This document shows, one piece after another, positions 16,526 to 22,947 of a stretch of DNA of 24,000 nt; positions within the stretch are counted from its first letter, which is position 1; every line of letters starts with the position of its first letter. Location of the stretch: contig JAWOFX010000172.1 in NCBI GenBank assembly GCA_046497275.1, positions 1-24,000 on the forward strand, written 5' to 3'. The stretch comes from Promethearchaeia archaeon. GTDB taxonomy: Archaea > Asgardarchaeota > Lokiarchaeia > Sigyniarchaeales > SOKP01. A program made the position numbers and the translations under genes. The notes beneath the pieces are model-generated. The model ran no database searches and was not told the DNA's origin. It was given only the letters and a program-made list of their open reading frames with translations.

Positions 16526-17488
16526 CTATTCTTCTTCATTCATGTAATTATTCATAAATTTCTGTTGATTAAATTCCTTACAACCTAAATCTCTACAAAT
16601 TTGCCAAAATGTATCATAATGGTTTCCTCTAATTTCGTCTGGTAAATCTTTATCATTTTCATCTGGATGGGGGGGATTTTTTCTTATTTTCCTTTCCATT
16701 TTTTTTATAGGATCACAGATACTACTTGAAATACCTTTCTCCTTATTTTCTTTAGCAAATTCTTGCGATTTATTATTCTTATGAGTAATATAAAATCCAA
16801 TGCTTTCAAAATCATGATTATATACCTTTATTTGATGTTCTCTTTTCGTCCACTTTTGATCTGGAGAATTTCTTAGATTAGGATGGCCCCAAGTCATAGT
16901 TTGAACGGGGATATTTAAATGATTCTGTAATAAATCACAAATTTGTATCGGTAAGTGCCAATTTTGATTTAAAACATCGATATAAATTCTATGACCTCCA
17001 TTTATATAAGCATTACTTTTCCTTACCTTTCCATTAACATCCACAAATCCTCTCATAAATTCTTTCTTAAAACTAATTGGAGATATAAATATTTCCTCAG
17101 GGACAGAAAATTCAGTGTAATCTTTTTTATTATTCAATAGCATCTGAATATCTCTGATAAAAAGAGTTTTCCTAGGAATTTCAAAAACTATTGAAACATA
17201 ATCATCACCTGGTTTTTTAAATGGGGTATTTGTTGTTAATTCGCTTAAACGATTAATTATAACATCAACACTCACTAACAAGGCATTTATATCACCCTCT
17301 CTGTCCCATGGAGATTCACCAATACGTAAGTTAGAATATGGAATCTCTATCGAAATAGTATAATGACCTCTATGCTCTAATATCGTTCCTCTGGCGACTA
17401 ACATTCCTAATAAATATGAGACATCTTCATCTAAATAATCAATAATTTTAATCATCAACCCTTTTTTGGAATAATAAAATATATTCAT
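16526..17488 (-). CDS. double-motif LAGLIDADG-like protein with both catalytic acidic positions substituted
   Basis: 320 aa. Motif 1 is YLLGMLVARGT (aa 25-35) and motif 2 is FMRGFVDVNGKV (aa 144-155), about 119 aa apart as in monomeric LAGLIDADG enzymes. Position 8 of each motif, normally Asp/Glu, is Arg and Asn. An alternative start ATG at 17455 (MIKIIDYLDEDV) overlaps the methyltransferase stop by 8 nt (ATGATTAA), which suggests translational coupling. Confidence 0.45.
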   Translation of the reverse strand: MNIFYYSKKGLMIKIIDYLDEDVSYLLGMLVARGTILEHRGHYTISIEIPYSNLRIGESPWDREGDINALLVSVDVIINRLSELTTNTPFKKPGDDYVSIVFEIPRKTLFIRDIQMLLNNKKDYTEFSVPEEIFISPISFKKEFMRGFVDVNGKVRKSNAYINGGHRIYIDVLNQNWHLPIQICDLLQNHLNIPVQTMTWGHPNLRNSPDQKWTKREHQIKVYNHDFESIGFYITHKNNKSQEFAKENKEKGISSSICDPIKKMERKIRKNPPHPDENDKDLPDEIRGNHYDTFWQICRDLGCKEFNQQKFMNNYMNEEE

Positions 17489-18302
17489 GTATCCTGTTAA
17501 CTCTGAAGACTGTTGGATATCCCAAAGGTCTCAAGTTATTATATTCCATTTGTCTATTCCATATTATAATATCATCAAGATAAAATCCAATTTCTCTCAT
17601 AAAATCTACAGTATCAATATGAAATGAATAGAATTTATCTTTTTTACGTATATCCATTAGGATTATTATGCAAAATTTATCCTTTTTGAGAAGAGAATAT
17701 ATTTGTTTAAAGATTTTTTTTAATTTTAACAAAAATTCATTATAATCTTCTATATTACCTAAATCTTGTTCATTATCGGAATAGGGTCGAATTTCTTTAT
17801 TATCAGCAGAACGTTTCATTCTTAGAATATCCCAATATGGAGGAGAAGTTAAGCATAAATCAATAGAATTTTCTTCTACAAATTCAGATATTTTATTTGC
17901 GTTTTTGTTATATATCTTAATATTTTTTTTCACTTCATTCGTCCCGAAGTTACTTGTAACCTTTTTTTGTTTAATTCTTTCCTTGAAAAGATCGATGTAA
18001 TTTTTATTAATTTCAAAACCTATTGCTTTTCTTTTATTATTTTTAGCTGATATTAGGGTACTTCCAGAACCAAAAAAAGGATCTAAAATAACATCTCCAG
18101 GTTTAGTAAAAATGTTTATAATTCGATCACATAATTTTAATGGAAACATTGCAGGGTGTCCTAGCTTTCTTTCCTCGGGTGTTTTAACTATATCCCAAAC
18201 ACTAATTGAATATTTTAACCATTTTTTACCATTTAAATTATTCAATCTTTTCTCATTTGATTCTATTTCATCTTCAGGAATTTCATTTTTTAGTTCAGTC
18301 AT
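17448..18302 (-). CDS. DNA methyltransferase, SPPY type (likely N4-cytosine or N6-adenine), circularly permuted motif order
   Basis: 284 aa. The block WDIVKTPEERKLGHPAMFPLKLCDRIINIFTKPGDVILDPFFGSGSTLISAKNNKRKAIGFEINKNY (aa 36-102) is the signature that normally forms the C-terminus of beta-class N4/N6 methyltransferases. Here it is followed by IDLCLTSPPYWD (aa 147-158) and IIIWNR, which normally form the N-terminal half. Confidence 0.85.
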   Translation of the reverse strand: MTELKNEIPEDEIESNEKRLNNLNGKKWLKYSISVWDIVKTPEERKLGHPAMFPLKLCDRIINIFTKPGDVILDPFFGSGSTLISAKNNKRKAIGFEINKNYIDLFKERIKQKKVTSNFGTNEVKKNIKIYNKNANKISEFVEENSIDLCLTSPPYWDILRMKRSADNKEIRPYSDNEQDLGNIEDYNEFLLKLKKIFKQIYSLLKKDKFCIIILMDIRKKDKFYSFHIDTVDFMREIGFYLDDIIIWNRQMEYNNLRPLGYPTVFRVNRIHEYILLFQKRVDD

Positions 18303-18499
18303 CGTATAAAACTATTTGATTCCTTTAAATTTTAATATGATTATTAAATTATTAATTAATTCTATTAAGGATTATTTCATCGGTATTTAAATAAAAAAAG
18401 ACTCTGAAATATAAGTTAATTTCATTTTAATTTTAAATTTTTATTTATAAAGGTTTATTTTTAATATGAGTAAACGAGTTGATAATAGTAATTGTGAAA

Positions 18500-18625
18500 A
18501 TGCAAAATTTCTTAATCGAAATAGAGGATCTTTCCAATATAGATATAAATAAGCGAATAAAGAAGATTGTGAAATCAATTGAGAAGGAGGATTTTAAGAT
18601 AATCAATTTTTTAGAATTAATTTAA
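18500..18625 (+). CDS. possible 41-aa small ORF (not in ORF track)
   Basis: ATG 18500 to TAA 18623-18625 gives MQNFLIEIEDLSNIDINKRIKKIVKSIEKEDFKIINFLELI. It is amphipathic and helix-like. There is no other support, and in AT-rich DNA this could be chance. Confidence 0.2.
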   Translation: MQNFLIEIEDLSNIDINKRIKKIVKSIEKEDFKIINFLELI

Positions 18626-18630
18626 ATAAA

Positions 18631-18810
18631 TTAGGAATTCTCTTCTTTTTTTACTTTTGCTAAATAAATTCTATAGGTTTGATCAGGATCAATTAATCCA
18701 TTTTCTATATAAACAGTAGGAATTGAGAAAATATACCGATCTCCCATCTTAGCGGGTTTTCTTTTAAAAGTTATACCCTTTTCCAAAAAATCTATTCCAT
18801 CATCAATCAT
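18631..18810 (-). CDS. possible 59-aa AbrB/SpoVT-like (swapped-hairpin) DNA-binding protein (not in ORF track)
   Basis: ATG at 18810 to TAA at 18631-18633 gives MIDDGIDFLEKGITFKRKPAKMGDRYIFSIPTVYIENGLIDPDQTYRIYLAKVKKEENS. The stretch G-D-R-Y-I-F-S-I-P-x-x-x-I-E-N-G-L-x-x-x-D-x-x-x-I resembles the AbrB/MazE-type pattern (G..v.IP..i...lgl..gd.v.i). It is on the same strand as, and upstream of, the SPPY methyltransferase, and divergent from the HNH gene. Confidence 0.35.
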   Translation of the reverse strand: MIDDGIDFLEKGITFKRKPAKMGDRYIFSIPTVYIENGLIDPDQTYRIYLAKVKKEENS

Positions 18811-18979
18811 AGTTAATTGAATATTTCTCCTTTATTTGATAATTTCTAATATTCTTGATTATATATCATAAGGTATACAAAAATTTATATATTCATATTT
18901 TTTTATTAAGATTATATAAGATCTTGTATATGTTTTGGTATATCTTCTCGTATAGCAAAAAATAAAGTAGTTAAAGAAA

Positions 18980-20929
18980 ATGAATAGAAATAAAATGAAT
19001 AACTATTATGAAAAGGATAAGTTTAAAAACCCAAATACAGAAATTAGGAATGTCTTGTTGATTGATAGCTTTCTTCCAGAAGAAATTGAATTTATAAGAA
19101 ATAAATCAATTAATATTGATAATTTAAAAAGTAAATGGTCATGGTTATATGAAAATCCCTCTTATGCGGAAGATTTTTTTATTTTTGTTGTTTTACCTTA
19201 TTTTATTGCCAAACCTCAATTAAATAATTGGGAACTAAAAAAACTATGTCTAAGTCCGTTTAAGTATGCTTTAAAATCGTATAGAGATAAGTTTGATTCA
19301 AATTTTTATACTTTTGGTCAATTAAAAAGAAAGTATGGGAACTTTAACTTTTCAGATCTTTGTAGGCTAATAGGAGAAGATAAAGCAAAACAAAAAGTGA
19401 ACCATGCTAAAAAAAGAATAAAAGATATTTTAGGAAGTGATAGTCCCAAAATAAAAAAAATTAGAGTTTATCTAAGAGAATTGGATTGGGATAAAGATAT
19501 TGATTGGACAATATTTAAATTTATAAATAAGAACAGAACTGATATGATTATTCTGGAGCCAAAAAATACATGTAGCGAAGAGAATCCATTATACATGCAT
19601 AAGGAATGGTTAACTCGTATATATAGGGATGAGAATTTACATCTTAATGATCCTCAAATTGCCCAGATTTGCGGTGTAAATCATTCAGCTATTTATAAAT
19701 GGAGGAAGAGATTTGGAATCCAAACTAAGCCAGACGTTCAAATTAAGGAATTAAAAAGAAAAAATAGTGCTGGTTATGTTGAAAAATTTATGCCAATGGA
19801 GTACAATCATCCTAATATTAATAAAAAATATGGAGAAAGACAAAAAAGAAGAGAACATGTTGCCATTATGGAAAATTTTTTATCGAATATTTCTCAATCT
19901 GAGAGTTATATAAGATTCGGTTTATATCCAGATGAGATAAAGGAAAAGTACCTGCTTTCTGATCGCTATCTTAAGAAGGAATGCGTCGTACATCATATAA
20001 ATTTTATAAAATCTGATAATCGAATAAATAATTTATGGCCTTATGAAAATAATCAAAAGCATAATGAACTTATAGATAATCTGAATAAATGTTTTTCATT
20101 TCTAATAAAAGTAGGACAAATCTTTTTTGAAAATGGAAAATATTATCTTAATGAAAGATGTGATTATAGGAAAATCCCAAAAGAGAAATTAAAGGAATTA
20201 TTAAAATCTCATTATAAGCCAAATCCGTATAAAAATCTTAAGGATGTCAAAAACGCATTAATTGATAAAAACATAATAAATTGGGATGAAATTCTCGCTG
20301 ATCTTCAAGATTGGCGGATTGAGTATAAAGTCAATCAATATAAAAGTTTTATTATTGAACTTAATCCTTACAATTATCCTTCTGAAAATAATCCCTTATA
20401 TATGAAAAAAGAATGGTTAGAAACCGTTTACAACGACGAAAGATTCAATTTATCTGATTCTAGATTAGCGAAAATCTGCGGTGTCCCAAAAACTCGGATT
20501 ACAGATTGGAGAGGGAACTTTGGTATTGAAGGAGGATGGAAACGATGGCTCAGAATTATAAATGAGGGTTTCGTGTGGATTCTTGTGCCCGTGAATTATA
20601 ATCCTAATGCTTACAAAAGAGACGGAAGAATGTTAGAACATAGATATCTAATTGAGAGATATTTATCTAGATGTTGTAGTGAAGAAATAAAAAGTAAATA
20701 TTTAGAGGATGGAAAATATTTAAAAAATGGTATTATTGTCCACCATATTAATTTTGACACACTAGATAATCGATTAAAAAATTTATGGATTTTTAAATCG
20801 AGAAGTGATCATTTAAGTTGTCATCATTCACTATATAAATTGATAGATAAACTTTTAAAAAAAAATTTCTTAATTTTCAGAAAAGGGAGATATCTTATTA
20901 ATTATCGTAAAAAAAAATACCATAAATGA
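18980..20929 (+). CDS. tandem-duplicated HTH + HNH endonuclease (two complete modules in one chain)
   Basis: 649 aa.
- Module 1 (aa ~200-390): NPLYMHKEWLTRIYRDENLHLNDPQIAQICGVNHSAIYKWRKRFGI ... REHVAIMENFL ... CVVHHINFIKSDNRINNLWPYENNQKHNEL.
- Module 2 (aa ~469-641): NPLYMKKEWLETVYNDERFNLSDSRLAKICGVPKTRITDWRGNFGI ... LEHRYLIERYL ... IIVHHINFDTLDNRLKNLWIFKSRSDHLSCHH.
Each module is an HTH followed by an HH-N-DNR-NL-H (HNH) core. The N-terminal ~190 aa were not recognised. Confidence 0.75.
   Translation: MNRNKMNNYYEKDKFKNPNTEIRNVLLIDSFLPEEIEFIRNKSINIDNLKSKWSWLYENPSYAEDFFIFVVLPYFIAKPQLNNWELKKLCLSPFKYALKSYRDKFDSNFYTFGQLKRKYGNFNFSDLCRLIGEDKAKQKVNHAKKRIKDILGSDSPKIKKIRVYLRELDWDKDIDWTIFKFINKNRTDMIILEPKNTCSEENPLYMHKEWLTRIYRDENLHLNDPQIAQICGVNHSAIYKWRKRFGIQTKPDVQIKELKRKNSAGYVEKFMPMEYNHPNINKKYGERQKRREHVAIMENFLSNISQSESYIRFGLYPDEIKEKYLLSDRYLKKECVVHHINFIKSDNRINNLWPYENNQKHNELIDNLNKCFSFLIKVGQIFFENGKYYLNERCDYRKIPKEKLKELLKSHYKPNPYKNLKDVKNALIDKNIINWDEILADLQDWRIEYKVNQYKSFIIELNPYNYPSENNPLYMKKEWLETVYNDERFNLSDSRLAKICGVPKTRITDWRGNFGIEGGWKRWLRIINEGFVWILVPVNYNPNAYKRDGRMLEHRYLIERYLSRCCSEEIKSKYLEDGKYLKNGIIVHHINFDTLDNRLKNLWIFKSRSDHLSCHHSLYKLIDKLLKKNFLIFRKGRYLINYRKKKYHK
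19577..20149 (+). repeat. intragenic repeat unit 1 (HTH-HNH module 1)
   Basis: Protein-level duplication with 20384-20902. The HNH core 1 is encoded at about 19991-20074. Confidence 0.7.
20384..20902 (+). repeat. intragenic repeat unit 2 (HTH-HNH module 2)
   Basis: Protein-level duplication with 19577-20149. The HNH core 2 is encoded at about 20741-20824. The linker between HTH and HNH is about 19 aa shorter than in module 1. Confidence 0.7.
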
Positions 20930-21062
20930 GAAGAAGCTTCATTTATAAAATAACCAATACTAAGCGCGATTTCTTCCCTAAATTATTGATTCAAATAAAA
21001 AATATCATTATACCTACAATGATCTAGGAATTTCTGGAATAAGTAATATTAAATAATGAATT

Positions 21063-21845
21063 TTATTTATTCATAAAAGATATTAATTCAGTGCCTATCT
21101 CTCTCAATTCTTCAATCCATTCATTTAATTGATCCGAATTTACATCTCTTTTACCATGAACTAAGTAATTTCTTATCTGATAAAATTTTAGGATTTTCTC
21201 TGCGAATTCGGAGGATATCTTTTTATTTTCCTCCAGTAAAGGGATTATTTTCAAGATAGTATAAGGTTTATTTATTTTTGGTATTAAACTCTCCGTTAAA
21301 GTAAAATTTCTTAGATTAGTTCGAATTTCATTCCAAATGTCTAAAAATAATTTTATTTGTTCTTCTTTTTCATTCATTTCTATTTCTCCTAATATTTTTT
21401 CATCTTTAATTCCAAATAATTCTTTTATAATATTCTTCGCTAATTCTAAATAGATAGGAACTACCTCCTTTTTTGGTATTATACCTATAGGTTCATGATA
21501 TAGACTATTTCTTAAATTATGGTAAAACTCAATCGCATCAAGATCGCTTTCTGGGATATTTTTAGGAGAATATCTCAACAATACGTCTAATAAAACAGGG
21601 AAAGATCTTTTAGCATTTTTGAACTCTTTTCTATTAATTCCTAAGGACCTTCTATTAATCATCAGATATGTTTTTAACGCAATTTCAATAGCATTATCAA
21701 TACTGATTAAAGCTATTCTTAAATCAAAATCTTCTCCTTTTTTAAAATGATCACTTGCATGTCTTAAAAGTTCCGAAAATCCTTCGATCCAAGTTTCAGA
21801 AGTGATTAAAATCACATTTTTTTGATTTATTTTAATATTAATCAT
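21063..21845 (-). CDS. single-chain tandem HEPN-like protein (two RNxxxH motifs), predicted RNase/toxin
   Basis: 260 aa, predicted all-helical by composition. Motif 1 is FYHNLRNSLYHE (R112-N-S-L-Y-H117, nt 21495-21512). Motif 2 is FYQIRNYLVHG (R225-N-Y-L-V-H230, nt 21156-21173). Each closes a segment of about 115-130 aa that begins with a long helix (e.g. DLRIALISIDNAIEIALKTYL), as in HEPN domains. Confidence 0.55.
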   Translation of the reverse strand: MINIKINQKNVILITSETWIEGFSELLRHASDHFKKGEDFDLRIALISIDNAIEIALKTYLMINRRSLGINRKEFKNAKRSFPVLLDVLLRYSPKNIPESDLDAIEFYHNLRNSLYHEPIGIIPKKEVVPIYLELAKNIIKELFGIKDEKILGEIEMNEKEEQIKLFLDIWNEIRTNLRNFTLTESLIPKINKPYTILKIIPLLEENKKISSEFAEKILKFYQIRNYLVHGKRDVNSDQLNEWIEELREIGTELISFMNK

Positions 21846-21982
21846 TAAATGCTAATTAATTATAAGTTCTATCTTCATCAAAATAAGAAAAGAGGATTTT
21901 TTGTAAATTGATCTAAAGAGCTAATCCTATATAAGGAAATTTTTAATAAAATAGTCTAAACTATGTCTTTTTCTTGAAAAAT

Positions 21983-22747
21983 TCAAATTAAAATATCCTC
22001 TCCAGCCCAATAAAATTTAAATTCTCTAGGTGTTAGTATAGCAATTTTTACATTACCTCCACATTGAGGAAATCTCGCTTGAAATTTTTCAAAACCAATG
22101 ACAGTATTAATAATATATTCAGTGAATTCTACTCCATCTTTTAAGGAAAAAAATTGAAATGATATATCTGACTTGGGTAAACTTTTAGATGGATCAGAAA
22201 TCTTCAATAATTTTGAAATGATCCAAGAACCCTCTCCTGCCCAGCTGAAGCCACAATCCTCATTTTTTAAAATTTTTCTAATTTGCTTCTTTTGAATGAT
22301 CAATTTTTCAGTTTTATCCAATAGAAAAAGAATCTGATACACTTCAGGTATATATCTTTTCTCTCTTAATGAAAATCCCGTTAAGAAGAACCCAAGTCCC
22401 TTTAATCGGGATTTATCATATTTTTTGAAATAATCTATAATTAGATCAGCATAATTTTCAAGCATATTCATATTTTCTGATTCTTTTTCTAAAATCTCTC
22501 TTAAGTTAAAAATATGATTGCTTAAAGGTCGACCACCGGGATTTGCTATTCCAAATTGAGAAACGGCTATCTTTAGATTTGAATTTTCTGTTGACAAATT
22601 AAAAATTTTTTGAGCATTTCTAAAAAAATTTACTGGAATTATTTCCTTTTTTTTATCATTCTTTTTAATTATTTTTGACAGTGTTGTTTGAGTATCAGAA
22701 CCTAATATAAATCCCTCTGGAATACCTAATATTGTAATTATTGTCAT
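21983..22747 (-). CDS. proteasome beta / HslV-like N-terminal-nucleophile (Thr1) hydrolase homolog
   Basis: 254 aa. The N-terminus MTIITILGIPEGFILGSDTQTT parallels proteasome beta/HslV starts (TTIVgv..dGvvlaaDtraT). Thr follows Met directly, so there is no propeptide. Asp falls at position 17 counted from Thr. The QKIF lysine (K47) is a candidate Lys33 equivalent after an insertion, and the WAGEGSW turn at aa 169-175 lies near the usual GSG(S) loop. The rest is divergent. Confidence 0.5.
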   Translation of the reverse strand: MTIITILGIPEGFILGSDTQTTLSKIIKKNDKKKEIIPVNFFRNAQKIFNLSTENSNLKIAVSQFGIANPGGRPLSNHIFNLREILEKESENMNMLENYADLIIDYFKKYDKSRLKGLGFFLTGFSLREKRYIPEVYQILFLLDKTEKLIIQKKQIRKILKNEDCGFSWAGEGSWIISKLLKISDPSKSLPKSDISFQFFSLKDGVEFTEYIINTVIGFEKFQARFPQCGGNVKIAILTPREFKFYWAGEDILI

Positions 22748-22947
22748 TTTTTTAATTTTTTTTAATTCTGATCATATGAATTTTATTTATACTTCAAAAT
22801 ATATCGATTTAATTTATATTTGCCTAGACAGAGAAGATTTTCTGTGAAAAAAAAAATTGTTCATTAACCTATTTTTTTAGCTTAAAAAATAAATATTTCT
22901 TTAATTTACTTTATTTTATCTTTACAATAAATATTTAATTAGAAAAT

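Larger units (their letters stand above)
15117..22947. other. ~7.8 kb accessory (defence-type) island bracketed by the two alpha/beta-hydrolase paralog copies
   Basis: Every gene between the hydrolase remnant and the intact hydrolase has a methyltransferase, nuclease, HEPN or peptidase-like signature. No integrase, transposase or tRNA sits at the edges. Confidence 0.55.

Noticed and set aside
18112-18309. 65-aa plus-strand ORF overlapping the start of the SPPY methyltransferase
   Set aside because: It is antisense to the methyltransferase N-terminus and has no motif.
22838-22860. Short hairpin (ACAGA..TCTGT) upstream of the intact hydrolase gene
   Set aside because: The stem is only 5 bp with a long loop. 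This is within chance expectation, and no supporting context exists.
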